From Lama glama (taxonomy: Eukaryota): DNA of 64,000 bases. Each line of letters begins with the position of its first letter. The stretch's first letter is position 1. Position numbers and translations under genes: made by a program. Below the pieces are notes generated by a model, which was not told the origin of the DNA, did no database searches, and saw only the letters and a program-made list of their open reading frames with translations. The stretch spans positions 50,408,001 to 50,472,000 of the forward strand of contig CM052817.1 of assembly GCA_028534125.1 (NCBI GenBank), in the 5' to 3' direction. Of this stretch, positions 1-13,087 are shown piece after piece.

Positions 1-149
1 AGACAGATATGGGTTTGATATCCTTGAGGTTAAAGTGCATCCTCATAGGTTCATTTGTCCTTGCTGTCCTTCTATTCATATTTATCCTCCCTTTCTGACC
101 ATTGACCCAGTTTACTTGATGCTGGGCGCTGTGTGTAGGGGTAACAGAT

Positions 150-232
150 AGATCTGAAATAAATAAATCTCTAAATAAGCCCTTATATTACCCACAGAGG
201 TTCTGCTGCTCTGATGGAACATGACTGATAGA
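150..232 (+). mobile_element. MLT2-like (ERVL) LTR 3' end
   Basis: AATAAA followed by 'ggttctgctgctctgatggaacatgactgataga', which resembles the MLT2 LTR terminus (ggttctgcttctctg...gaaccctgactgataca). Confidence 0.6.
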
Positions 233-789
233 CATTCTAGTCAGAAAGATACATGTGTATAAGGAACTATAAGATAGTAGATGTAGTTATAACATACATA
301 TGACACTGGAAATACAGGAAGGGGTGCGTGTGCACAATAGTGGGAGAGAGAGGGAGAGAAGAGAGACTTAGGGATTGGAAAAGACTTCATGCAGGGGTGG
401 CATTTTATTCTATGAACCTTGAAGAATAGGTAGAATTTCTGCTGGCATGATAAGAAGACCCAAATGGAGATGAGAAGATTATCAACTGCATACTTAACAG
501 TTGCCAGATAATGGTACAAAGGGAAATAAAATAGACACAATTCCTGATGATTTGGAATTTATAGACTAGCAAGGACAGTTCACACTGAAAATGTGTGAAT
601 TCACTTCATCTAGTGAAGGATTCTAATTATGTACTGCATATTTTGTTCTGATTATAGCTAAATGACCCTCAAATGACTAGCTGAATCTTGAATACCCTCA
701 GATTTTCCCAGCATGGATAACTTTTGCGGGATGCTGTTAACAAGGTGTAAGGAAAAAGTCTCTGGGCTCTTGGTTTCCTTCCCTTGTTT

Positions 790-1945
790 CCCATTCTCAC
801 TCCTTCCACCAGCTGCTCCCTGCCATCTGTCTTTACTGTTCTACTGAAACAGCTGTTGCACAGACCACCAGGGCTCTAATTGCTGAATCATAGATGGCAC
901 GTTGTTCCTGATTTTATTTGACATTACTTTGCCATTTGACATTGTGGTCATTCCCTTTTTCTTTAAATTCTCTCAGCTCCTGACACTCCTGTCCCCTGGT
1001 TTTCCTTCTGTCTGTTTCTTATCTGTTCTATTTTTGTATTTAATATTTGGTTAATGCCACCTGAAAGTGCCAAAAGTGACCTGAAAGTCAATTTATCATT
1101 CCTTTTATCTACCATTCTATATATCCAATTAGTGATTGACTCCTAAACTAATAAATTGTTGAATTCCTTTTTTAAATTTGTGCCTTTTTATTCAATTTGA
1201 CTCTCCCTGTCTTCTTTTAACCCTCTACAACATATTCTTTGGCTACTATGAGAGCCTTCTTTTTTCTGCTTACTCTGTTTTGTCTTCTCCAATACATCTT
1301 TCACATGACCACCATGAACATATTTCAGAAGTAGAAATGTGGTTGTATAGTCTTCTTAACTCTTCAAGGGCCTCAGGATAAGAGCCACATTTCTTAAAAT
1401 GGCATTTAAAGAAACTGTGTATGATTTGGCACCTGACTGCCTCTCAATATTCAAATTCTAATACATGCTCCCACCCCTCCAACCATGTCAAATAACTTAA
1501 CTTCCCCAGAGAGGCCATCTCTTTATTTCCCAAAAAATCACCTTCTGTCTCCTTATCTACTTGGCTGACATCTACTCATGCTTCAATAGTAAATTCTAGG
1601 GTTATTATTAACTCATGTCTTCATTCAGTTGAAATTGATTGACCACCATTGATGTGCCAGATTCTGTTCCGTCTCCTTCATGAAGCCCTCCCTACCTAGT
1701 TGCTCTTTTCTTCTTGGCTTGATTTCCTTTGATTCTGATTATCCATGAATAGACGTGGATACTCACTGCTATCCTTCTGAAATTTGGATTCGAGTCCTCT
1801 CCTATGAAATTAAAATCCTATGCATGTAAGTATCATTACCATTAACTGTACCGTAACTTGTAGTTACCTTATTTATCTCCTTATCTGTCTCTCCAGATGT
1901 ACTGTAAGCCTATTGATGGCAGGAATTTTATCTTTGTATCTTGTG
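790..1945 (+). mobile_element. LINE-2 fragments (ORF2 to 3' end), highly decayed
   Basis: 'ctactgaaacagctgttgcacagaccacc...gccatttgacattgtggtcattccc' matches the L2 RT region, and 'actgtaagcctattgatggcagga' near 1900 matches the L2 3' tail. Confidence 0.7.
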
Positions 1946-3199
1946 TATGTGTGAGCCCATTGGTTAGTGTGATTTCTGCAACTGAATTACCTCTTTATAC
2001 GTTTTTCTGAATGGAGATAGTGTGGAATCCGAAGACCCGATGGAATGAATTGTCTGAGCCCTATGTATAAAACAAAATAAAAATAAAAAACAGTAATAAT
2101 TGCTCTGAACATTACATGAGCTTTGGGGGAATTTAGATGAGACCTTCTTGGAGAAAGTATTTTATAAATGGCAAAGCATTTTTGTTTTAGCCCATTTTGA
2201 ATTGCAGGGAGTAGTGACGTTAGGTAATTTCAAAGAGGGGTTATGTAAAAGACATGAACTGCAGTTCCTCTCCAGGTCTAAGTGTTTTCATTAGTTTATC
2301 TCCACATGGCCTTTCTGTCTGCCTTCCACATTGTTTCTAGTGGTATCATTCTCAGTCACATCCTGACGTTTTATTTATGTATTCCATTTACCTTCACCAC
2401 TGGGACTCCAGCTATCCACTAGACCAGTGAACAGCAAAAAGAATTCACAACAGCTCTGCCATCAGTATGACTGGTTTGAGCTTTCTTCTTGGTATCTCTC
2501 ATTTGATACTTTTGGTCTTCCACAGTATCTCTAGTTTATCTTTGCAAGTCTGTTTAATATTCCTTTCATATCCAGTTTTTGCTTTTGTACAGGTACCCTC
2601 TGTCCTTTTTTTTTTTTTCTCATAGCTTCTGCTGGCTTAAAAGTTTATTTACTAAATAGGCTTGTTTTCTGTGTGACTTTTTCATAGGCTCTTGGTCTTT
2701 TTTTTTTTTAACGTATCTTTAATTTCAGTCATGAAAACTGATAAATCCTCTCTATATTTTCAATTTCAAATTCTAAATAATTGCTTAATTTTTGGATTAA
2801 TTTCCTTTATGCCAAGTCACTCCATGGATCTTCTGGCCAGCTTATCAATAAGATGTCCATGCCAGGTTCTCTTTGCTGGGATATAATGTTGGGTCATAAG
2901 TAGCTGACATGGCCTTGATGTCAGGGCATTGGCATAGTTGATAACATGACTGACAGATTTATTGTAGTTATATAAGCCTAGATATTTTTGTTGAATTATA
3001 ATGATAATGGAATATAGATATATATATGTGTATATATGTTATAAACACACACCACACACAAGTTGATGAAAAAATACTCCAGCAGGAGTGTGATTAATTG
3101 TGCACTCATATATCGTTGATCAAAATAAAATTGGGTCAGCTTGTCTAGAAATCATGTTTACTATGTTTCAGGAGTCTTTCCAAAGTTTATATTTTTATT

Positions 3200-3530
3200 T
3201 CTATTTCCAGAACTTTTTCCTAAAAAAATAAACAGAGATATTCACCAAAATTTATGTTCAAAGACATCTGTTGCTCTGTGGTTTAGAACAATGAAAAATT
3301 AGAAGTAATAATAACTTAAAACTATAGGAAACTGTTAGCAAGGATTTCATCTTTCTTGTCAGTTGCCCAATTTCGAGTGCTCAGAATAGAACCCAGCCCA
3401 TAGGAGACATTAAACAAATACTACTAAATGGATGTATGTTGAATCTTTATTATGGACAAATGGACAATCATTAAAGACAGTGCAACTCCAAAATGTTTAT
3501 TAACCTGTGGAAAGATAGTCCTTATATTAT
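3200..3530 (+). mobile_element. Old L1 (L1ME-type) 3' fragment interrupted by an L2 3' end (~3345-3440)
   Basis: L1-like 'tttatgttcaaagacatctgttgctctgtggtttagaacaatgaaaaattag' flanks the L2 tail 'gtgctcagaatagaacccagcccatagg...aaatactactaaatggatg'. Confidence 0.5.
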
Positions 3531-3625
3531 CAGGTGATAAATTGGATCTCTCTTATTCTCTCTTTCACAGGGAATAAAATCTGAGTTTATTTATTTTGTG
3601 AGGTAGAAATACAGGTGATCTTTTC

Positions 3626-3647
3626 ATATATATATATATATATATAT
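3626..3647. repeat. (AT)11 microsatellite
   Basis: Direct reading of the sequence. Confidence 0.95.
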
Positions 3648-3789
3648 GTAAATACAAATATATATATTTGTATTTATTTTAAAAATTCTTAAAGTTCATT
3701 TTTTATTTTTAGCTAAAATGTATGATATATTTTCTGATTTTTTTCCTCCTGCTTTTTCTGATTCACCCTTAATAAAAGGGAAGGGAGAG

Positions 3790-3990
3790 AAACTACTCGA
3801 ATGTTGAGTTCCTACTGTGTACTAGGTACAATTTTAGGACTTCACATACATTTTTCTAGAATCCTTCCAATTTTATAAAGTAAAAAACATCCTAAGCAAT
3901 TAAGTTATTTGCCTGAGATCACTCAGTTTATTACATAGCAAAGATTTGAACACAATGCATTCTAACTGCAGAGTATGTTTCTATAACCAT
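3790..3990 (-). mobile_element. MIR SINE
   Basis: 'ttgagttcctactgtgtactaggtac...taagttatttgcctgagatcactcag...gatttgaacac' is the antisense MIR pattern. Confidence 0.7.
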
Positions 3991-4828
3991 TAGTCTGTCT
4001 ACACTGACTTTCTGACTAACTTTCTTTAAGCCAGCCTTCACTGATTTTCCCTTTTATTTGAACTTTATATTTGACCCTTACTTGAATTATTTGGTCATCC
4101 TCTAATTGCTTTGCATAACTTAGATTTTTGTTCATAACTAAAAAAAGGAGATGTTTAAGGCAAAGGCAGTATTTTATGCTCCTTATCGTGTTTTCTTAGC
4201 ATGTAGAACACCTATACCGCACCTAAAGGTACAGTAAATATTTGAGATTTATAATTATTAATATCTTCAGTGAATCTATAGGAAATAAGAAAAACTGCAA
4301 ATGCTATGAATATATTTAAGTTTTGCCTTGTCAAGGCCCACTATTGCCAATGTTTCTATGAACTACAAGTATAATATACTAAGCGTTTAAAATTTTTTTC
4401 CTTTTATTTCATATTCAGTAAAGGACCAGAATGTTCAGTTCTTCATAATCTATAGAAATGTGAAGTCTGCATTCCTCAGCCTGCTTTCCAAGATACACCA
4501 TGATCAGAACCTGTTTATTCTAATCCTACTTTTCATTTTTCCTCCTTTTCTGTTTCTCACATACTCTGCTAAGGCCCAGATAAACTACTCACTGATCCCT
4601 GAGTGCTCTAAGCCCTCCTCCTCCATATTATTGCTTGTAATCTTCCTTTGGTCTGAACAGTCTTGTAAATGATCTCCAAATGCCGAAATCCTACCTGTAG
4701 TCTAAGGCCTGTGATATATTCAACCTCTTCCTTGAAGCTTTTTATGATAACATTGTCTCATAATCATCTTTTCCTCTTCTGAATTTGGAATCATCTATTT
4801 TCCATTTCATTTGACCCTCTTATTTAGT

Positions 4829-6233
4829 GTTTTTTTAATACTGTGGTAAAAAAAACACATAACATGGAATCTACCATCTTAACAAAACTTTGAGTGTTCA
4901 GTAATTGTTTATTATATACATGTTGTTGCACAGCAGATTTTGAGAACTTTTTTATCTTCAGTGACTTCAACCCTATAGCCTTTCAACAGCAACTTCCCGT
5001 TTTCCTCTCCCCACAGCCCCTAGCAACCATCATTCTACTTACTGCTTCCACGAGATCTATAGAGACCTCATATAAGTGGAAACATGCAGTATTTGTCCAT
5101 CTGTAACTGGCTTATTTCACTCAGCATAATGTCCTCTAGGCTCTTCTTTGTTGTTGCATATGGCAGAATTTCCTTCTCTTTTAAGGCTGAATAAAATTCC
5201 TCTGTGTGTGTGTGTGTGTGTGTGTAATCATATTTTATTTATCCATTCATTTGTTGATGGACAATTAGGTTGTTTGCACTTCTCAGCTATTGTGAATAAT
5301 GTTGCAGTGAACATGGGAGTGCAAATAACTCTTTGAAAATCTGATTTCAGTTCTTTTGGATAGACTCCCAGAAGTGGAATTGCTGAATAACATGGTAGTT
5401 TTATTTTTAAGTTTTTTGAGGAAACTCCATACTGTTTTTCATAGCTGCTGTGCCATTTTACATTTCCTCTGCTAGTGCACATCCTCCCCAACACTTGGTA
5501 TTTTCTGGGTTTTTTTGTTTGTTTGTTTTTGTTCTGTTTTGGGGGTTTTTACTTTTGATAATGTTTATCCTATCCTGTGTGAGTTGATATGTCATTGTAG
5601 TTTTGGTTTTTGTTTTCATGATTATTAGTGATGTTAAGCATCTTTTCATACACTTGTTGCCTACTTGTAAGTCTTCTTTGGAAAAATGTCTCATCAAATC
5701 CTTTACCATTTATTTATTTATTTATTTATTTATTGCTATTGGATTGTATGAGTTCCTTATATGTTTTGAATGTTAACTCCTTTCAAGATTACTGTTTGCA
5801 GATATTTCCTATCATACTGTTGTTTGCTTCCTTTGCTATGCAGAAGTTTTTTAGTTTGGTACAATTTCTTTCTTTTATTTATTTTGCTTTTGTTTGTGTT
5901 TTTGGTGTTATATCTAAGAAGTCATTACCAAGGCCAATGTTATGAAGTTTTCCACCTGTTTTCTTTTAGTTTTATAATTTCAGGTTTTATATTTATATCT
6001 TTAATACATTTTGATTGGATTTTTTGCATATAGTACATGATGAAGGTCCAATTTTATTCTTTTTCATGTGGCTATCCAATTTTCCAAGCAGTATTTGTTG
6101 AAGAGACTGTCCTTTCCCTTTCTGTAGTCTTGGAGAACTTATAGAAGATCACTTAACTATATATGTGTGGGTTTTTTTTTCTGGACACCCTTTTCTGTTC
6201 TATTGGTCTACGTATCTGTCTTTATGCCAGTAT
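4829..6233 (-). mobile_element. L1 (L1MA9/10-like) 3' portion: ORF2 C-terminus plus 3' UTR, decayed
   Basis: Minus-strand ORFs 5228..5494 (AIPLLGVYPKELKS...ICTPMFTATLFTIA) and 5458..5709 (RHFSKEDLQVGNKCMKRCLTSL) are L1 ORF2 C-terminal homologues. The left end is T-rich. Confidence 0.92.
5203..5225. repeat. (TG)11 microsatellite inside L1
   Basis: Direct reading of the sequence. Confidence 0.95.
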
Positions 6234-6993
6234 GACCCTTAGAACTTTTAAACTTGCATTAAAATTAGCTAACGAGAGATTTAAGCATGCCTGATATTTC
6301 CTCCACTTGATAGGAAGTTTTTAAAGGCTGCCACATTAGAATCTATTATTGAATACTTCTTTATAATTTTCACAGTTGTTAATGTTCACTATGTTTTTGA
6401 ATGAACAGATTCATTGATCCTTAATTTTGTTATCATGGAAATAAAGAGGTGAAATTTTAGAAATCACAAAAATGACGTTGTTTCCATCTCCTGTCCACTC
6501 TTTTCCTTTATAGCTATACTCAGGGCTAAATCTTGTTATTTTCTGCGTCTCTTTTTGTTTAATATGACCACTCTTGATAAATAATTATTTTTAATTAATT
6601 TACATTACATCACACCATCAACATTTAAAAAATGTTTCGGAAACATTGATGATATTTTTATTATGTGTTTGTATTGTGAAAAATGAGCATAATTACAAAA
6701 GGAAAATTCAGAAATTAGACTTTAAAGGAGAAACTCAAAGTACCAAATTTTATGCTATTGGTGCTTAGACAATACGCTGAATAACTCAACAACATCCATT
6801 TCCAAGGGAAAAAAGTAAAAAGAAAACACAGAAAGAAAGAGAAAGGAAGAGAGAGAGAAAAATAAAAGTACAGAATTTGCTTTACAATACAGAAATGCTT
6901 TGCATTTATCCCATGATGTTGGCAATCTTATACATATACATGACATATATATGTGTGTATATATATGTATATATATTATATATAAAGTTTTTG

Positions 6994-7330
6994 TGTTAAA
7001 AGATAAACTGAGGAATAGTAAACATTTTAAGAGTTATTTGAGCAAAAATCAAGTTCAAATTGGACGGCACCAATCCGAAAGTAGTTGAGAGTATACCGCC
7101 AGCAGGAGCTTGGGGAGAGAATTTTACAAAGAAAAGGCAGAAGCAAAGTAAAGAAATTATTGATTAGCTATAGCTTGAAGTGTAGTTGGCTGTTTGTGAT
7201 TGGTTATCCTTCATTTTCAGTTTTGTTACTTTGAGGCATTTACAGGCTTAGATTTTGGTTTGCTTACATAAGCCACCACAGCACTGGAACCACTTCAGTC
7301 AAATGACCTCCTTGTTTAATTAATTTAACA
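6994..7330 (-). mobile_element. MER93-like ERV1 solo LTR
   Basis: The ends are TGTTAA...TTAACA inverted termini. The reverse complement begins 'tgttaaattaattaaacaaggaggtcatttgactgaagtgg...gtaagcaaacc', as I recall for MER93. Confidence 0.75.
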
Positions 7331-8609
7331 ATACAAATATAGTCTGTTTTGTCATATTATATTTTATCATATATCATTCTGCTTGAATTACCTTTCCCCA
7401 CCTTGTTTGATTAAATGATCCAAAATCTCTACTAAAAGAAGTTTCATTTTCTGGGTTCTGATTTCATGGAATTCAGGAATTATCTGACATAGTTGACATG
7501 AAAGTCTTCAAAAAGGTAAACATTAAGGGGATTTCAGGGGCAGAGCTTCTTGGAAATTCATACTGATCCTTCACCATTAGTTTTCTCCAGCTGCCAAGCT
7601 TCCTCTATATCTCTCAGTTTAAACCTTTGAGAGACAGCAGAGAGAAGAGAATTGGCCCGGCTTGGATTACATATTCTTTCTCTTCTAATCTCCTATGGAC
7701 AGGAAGGCCTCCTCCTCCATATATATTAGGCAGGGGAAAAATGAGGGACATTTCTAGTAATCTGATAAAATTGTCTGTATCCTTAAAGACCTGTCCAGCA
7801 TGGCATTTCTCTGACTTCTTGTACCTTTCTGCTTCCTTGGGTTTCTATAATTTCTGCCATAATACTTTTTGTAGTTGTTTTATCTTATTTACTGGCATGT
7901 GGACTTCTTCAGAATAGGGGCACATTGTGTCCATGTTTACATTCCCTGTGTGTATTAAAGTGTCATATAGCAGCTGAGAAGTGAATATATAATAAATGTA
8001 TAAATATTGCTGATTGATAGTAAGTGGCCATTATAGATCTAGCACTGGACCACATATATATTCCATATGGCTGAGCATACTGTGTAAGTAGATAAAACTT
8101 TTTCAAAATGAAAAAGTAGAAAAACTTAGGGTGTGCCAATTCTACAGTTGCCCTCATAACTATTGTTTCTGTAGCTCATGTTGATACGAGCTTAGTCTTC
8201 TGGCAATTATCTTACCTTTTATTTTTGGCATAGAATTTAAGAGGGATCTGATCTTTACTGTCAGATCCAATCTTAGTCATAGCAGGATTGTTGTGGGTTT
8301 TTGTAGGGGTTTTTTGCCACTTAGTAAGAAAGTATTGATTTTTCTCTTTTCTCTTGTATCTAGCAATTCTAAAATCAAGTAAGTAGAGTTCATTTCTAGG
8401 TTAAGATGTAGATATGTCAATTCCAATAGAAATACTAAAGTATTCATATTCTATTGTTCAATAGATATGCTTAGCTAAGGTCATACTTTTTGTTGGAACT
8501 TAACTATTAAGTTTAGTTGTAGAGCTATGTATGTGTGTCTTGTGTATATGTATGTTTAAGATATATATTTATACTGTGTATTTAAGATGTACACACACAT
8601 GAATAGTCA

Positions 8610-9610
8610 CATATTTGAGACAACATGGATGCACTTTGACGACATGATACTAAGTGAAAGCCTAGACACAGAGAGACAAATATTGCATGATCTCACTTAC
8701 GTATGAAATCTAAGAGGGAAGAAAAGAAACCACCTAACTTATAATAACAGAAAGTAAAAGGTTGGTTACTAGAGGCTGAGGCTTGTGGAAAAGGGGAGAT
8801 TAAAAAAATACATAAAGCAGAATGATGATTGCCAGGGGTTGGGGTGGGAGGTCATGGGGAGTGATTATTTAATGGGAACAAAATTTTGATTTTGCTAGAT
8901 GAAGGAGATCTGGAGATAGATGTTGGTGATGGTTACACAACAGCATGAATGTATTTAACACCACTGAACTAGACACCTAAAAATGATTAAGATAGTGTAG
9001 GGGAGCAAAACTTGCCACCCCAAAATGTCTCTTTGGCATGTGGATTATTTTGAGCTGAAAACAATCAAGGCCCAAAAAACTTAGGAAGAAACTTTGAACT
9101 TCCCTCTAACTGCCTAAAGAATGTAAATAGAAAACCTGTTTCTGGAAGGGAGCTATCACCACAAATAACTATAGTGTGAGCTATGTGTGTAGACACGGAA
9201 GAACCTAGCAAGGGCTGTTTGTTAAAATTCCTCTCTGTGTCCCATTGTCTCTGGAGGCTCAGCAAACATCTCTTTATCAGACATTTGCTTTTTCACCTCC
9301 ATATCAATTGCCTTCCTCCCCTTTGAGGTCCCAAACCACTACCCACAACATCCTCTTTTAGATGCTGAAGATGGTATTTAGGGTGAGAATTTCAGCCATT
9401 TTAGTGAGTTACTCAGTTTTTTGGGGTCTCTCTCATGTATACATATTATTAAACTTTTGTTTGATTTTTCTCCTATTAATCTTTCTGATGTCAATATTTT
9501 TCTTAGACCAACTAGAAGAACCTAGAAGGGTATGGGAAAATTTCTCCCTCTCTGACAATAGTAAATTTTATGCTATACATATTTGCAGCATAAAAAAATT
9601 GGGAAAAATG
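8610..9610 (+). mobile_element. L1 3' UTR (L1MA/L1MB-type), split by an LTR at 8996-9557
   Basis: 'acaacatggatgcactttgacgacatgatactaagtgaa', then 'aaaatgattaagatag' resuming after the LTR as 'taaattttatgctatacatattt'. Confidence 0.85.
8996..9557 (+). mobile_element. MER34-like ERV1 solo LTR, 562 bp, with 4-bp TSD
   Basis: TG...CA termini and ATAG on both flanks (8992-8995, 9558-9561). The start 'tgtaggggagcaaaacttgccaccccaaaatgtctctttggc' resembles MER34. Confidence 0.88.
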
Positions 9611-10719
9611 TGAGGCGACTGAAAAGAGTCATGGATGTCCTTCCCATAAAGTCTTCTGAATTGCTCTGACCAATGTTACTGCAGCTTTTTCTGCTCATCT
9701 TCCATCCATATGCTAGCTGTTGTTAGCAATTCCCTGCTATTATAGGGGTGGTATTAGGTGATTGACGATTGATAATGAGCATTTTACTTATGATGGTGAT
9801 GATGATAATAGTGATGGCAAACATAACCAATAATTGTAATAACTTAGAGATAAAAAGGAAAAAAGTGAAAAGAAAAGGAAGAGGAAGACAATAGGGAAGC
9901 ATAAGAAAAGGAGAAGAATTACTGTGTTCCAATAGCTGTTCTTGTTGCTTTGTCCTTTCCTTCAGTAAGTATTTATGGCATAAAAAATTAAGAAAGAGGA
10001 AGTGGAAACCCTATGTGTTAAAAGCAGTAATATCATTATTTTAGAATAGATTTTTCTAGGTCTGAATATTCTAGTATTTGATGTATATTAAAGCATTTTG
10101 AGTTTTCAGAATGATTTCTGAATTTAAGACAAATGTTTGGTAATTTTTCTTTCACTAAAGTCTTTGCTATCTAGTTTAAAATCTAAAAGAGACCAAGGGC
10201 CAAGTGTATTCATTTTTTTGTCTCAAATGTGTGCTAATATGTCTTACATCCATTAAAAATTTAAATATTTACTGAATTTGAGTGAATAAAGTGGCATTAT
10301 ATTAAAATGATCTATTATGGGAACACAGAACAGATGAAGTGATAAAATTAATTGTCAGAAAGCAATTTCCAATTAATTGAAGTGATAAGAGGGAAGTTAT
10401 ATGAGGTTTAGATTTAACTGATAATGGAAGAATGCATAGATAGAACTGTTTCTTAAAATGAGAGTTTGCTTTTGGGGGTCTGTGGAGAATATGAACTGAT
10501 GGAGTCAGTAATAATATTTTTCAGATTAAGACCTTACAAATCATTCTTTTTTTGTTACGTCTAATTAGTGTGGAACTGTTTAATTATCCCTAAAGTCCTA
10601 TTACCGTATGAGTCCATTATTTTCTCAAAAAACATAGTCTGTAACTTGTATACTTATTTTTCACCTAATCCCTCAGTAACTTCTTCTGGTGTCAGAATTT
10701 TTGTAAGCAAATGAATGGT

Positions 10720-10930
10720 CTTTTACCTTATGGTTCGCACTGTTCTACGCTCTTAATACATACTAGCTCTTTCTGTTTCCATAACAGCTCTTTGAAGTAG
10801 GTGCTATCATCATCCTCATTTTACAAACAAGGAATCTGAAGCATCCTTAGAGGTTAAGTGCATCAGTAAGTAGAAGAACCAGGATTTAGAGCCAGTTAGA
10901 CTGGCTGCAGAGTCTAGGCTCTTAACCACC
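10720..10930 (-). mobile_element. MIR SINE
   Basis: MIR core 'catcctcattttacaaacaaggaatctgaagc...agaggttaagt'. Confidence 0.8.
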
Positions 10931-11064
10931 AGCTCTGCTGCGTATGGGTCATGGTAAAGCAACATTTCCCAGAGATCATACTTCAGTATATTATATCATG
11001 AGACACTGTGATAAAATCTCTGTATCTGAACTAGTTTGGTGAATATTTAAGACCATATAGACTT

Positions 11065-11468
11065 TATATTAATTTCCTGTTGCTGCTATAACAGTTGCCT
11101 CCAACTTAGTGATGAAAACATACAAATTAATTTTCTTACAGTTCTGCACTCAGAAGTCATAAAATCAAGTGTGGGTAGGGCTGTGTTTCTTCTGAAGGCT
11201 GTAGAGAGAATCTGTTTTCTTGCCTTTTCTGGCTTCTAGAGGCCCTCCTACAGTCCTTAGATCTGGACTCCTCCTCTGTCTTCAAAGCCTGTAGTTTAGC
11301 ACCTGGACCCACCCAAAGAATCCAGATAAACTTCCTATTTCAGGTTCCTTAACCACATCTGCAAAGTCCTTTCTGTGATGGAAAGTAATATATTCACATA
11401 GTTCTGGAGATTAAAACACAGATATCATTGGGGAACATTATTTACCATAAACATTTGGGGCCATCACA
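11065..11468 (-). mobile_element. MLT1C/D-like MaLR LTR, apparently inserted in a Charlie4z-like remnant (~10960-11500)
   Basis: 'tattaatttcctgttgctgctataaca...cttacagttctg...cacatctgcaaagtcctttctg' is the antisense MLT1 pattern. Confidence 0.8.
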
Positions 11469-11530
11469 AATTGAAAAGCTACAAGAATTCTTCAGTAATA
11501 GTTTTCCCTTCTTTAAAACACACATGCAAG

Positions 11531-13087
11531 CAAGGCCAATGCTACCCTGATAGCAAAACTGGACAAAAATACTGAACAAAAACAAAATTACAAGCCAGTA
11601 ACTCTGAAGAATATAGATGTAGAAATCCTCAATAAAATATTAGCAAATCAAATTGGACAATATATAAAAAAGGATCATAAGCCATTATCAAGTGGGACTT
11701 ATTCCAGAGATGCAAAGATGGTTCAATATTTGCAAATTAATCAATGTGATACACCACATTCACAAAAGAAAAGATAAAAATCACATCATCATTTCAATAG
11801 ATGCAGGAGAAGCATTTGACAAAATTCAACATCCATTCAGAATAAAATTGCTCATCAAAATTGGTGTAGAGAGAATACATCTTAACATAATAAAGGCCGT
11901 TTATGAAAATCTGCAGCTAACATTATACTCAGTGATGAAAAGCTGAAAGCTTTTCCTCTAAAATCTGAAACAATTTACCCACTGTCACTTTTTCTGTTTA
12001 ACATAGTATTGGTAGTCCTAGCCATAGCAACCAGACAAGAAAAAGAAATAAAAGGCATCTAAATTGAAGGGAAAAAGTAAAGCTGTCAGTATTTGCAGAT
12101 AACATGATATTATGTGTATAAAACCCTGAAGTCACTACCAAAAAACTATTAGAGCCAATAAATTAATTCAGTCAAGTTGCAGAATACAAGGTTAATATAT
12201 AGAAATCTGTTGCTTTTCTATACAGTGATAATGAACTATAAGAAAGAGAATTTAAGGAAACAATCCCATTTATAACTACTTCTGAAAGAATAAAATACCT
12301 AGGAATAAACTTAACCAAGGAAGTGAAAAATACTCCTTGATGCTGGAATTTGAAAATGATACAAAGAAATAGAAAGATATTTTATGTTCTTGGATTCGAA
12401 GAATTAATATTGTTAAACTGCCCATACTACCCAAAGTAATCTACAAATTTAATATAAGCCCTGTCAAAATACCCATGACATTTTTCACAGAACTAGAACA
12501 AATATTCCTAAAATGCACATGGAACAACAAAACACCCCAAATTGTCTAAACAAGCATGAGAAAAAAGAACAAAGCTGGAGATATCATGCTCCTGGACATC
12601 AGACTATACTACAGAGTTTCAGTAATCAAAACAGCATGGTACTGGCACAAAACAGACACATACATCAATGGAACAGACTAGACAGCCCAGAGATAAACCC
12701 CCTCACCTACTGTCAATTAATCTATGACAAAGGAGGCAAGAATACACCATGGAGAAATGATAATCTCTTTGATAAGTGGTGCTGGGAAAATTTAGACACC
12801 TACATGTAAAAGAATGAGACTAAAACACTTCCTCACACCATAAGCAAAAATAAATTCAGAATGGATTAAAGACCTAAATGTAGGACCTGAAACTATAAAA
12901 CTCCAAGAAGAGAACACAAGAAGAACACTCTTTGACATAACTCATAGCAATATATTTTTTGGAATCTGTCTCCTAAAGAAAGAGAAATAATGGCAAAAAT
13001 AAACAAATGGGACCTAATTAAACTTAAAAGCCTTGTGTAAAAGTTTGTTTGCACAACGTAGAAAACCATCATCAAAATACAAAGGCT
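11531..13087 (+). mobile_element. L1 ORF2 internal fragment covering the reverse transcriptase domain; pseudogenised
   Basis: ORF 11692..11946 ([22 protein letters not shown]...[17 protein letters not shown]) is L1 RT. The catalytic FADD reads FADN at 12092-12103. ORF 12513..12809 contains [12 protein letters not shown]...LFDKWCWEN. There are multiple stops and frameshifts. Confidence 0.97.

Noticed and set aside
4812..6243. TGACCCT on both sides of the antisense L1 as a TSD
   Set aside because: Only 7 nt match, and the left copy is separated from the T-tail by non-matching bases. It may be a degraded TSD but is not supportable.
9940..9972. Pyrimidine tract plus CAGTAAGT as a recursive splice site
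   Set aside because: The acceptor AG and donor GT share one G; recursive sites need AG|GT.
11692..12809. Reverse transcriptase ORFs as a functional or domesticated gene
   Set aside because: They are broken by stops and frameshifts, the catalytic FADD reads FADN, and the endonuclease domain is missing. This is an ordinary L1 fossil.
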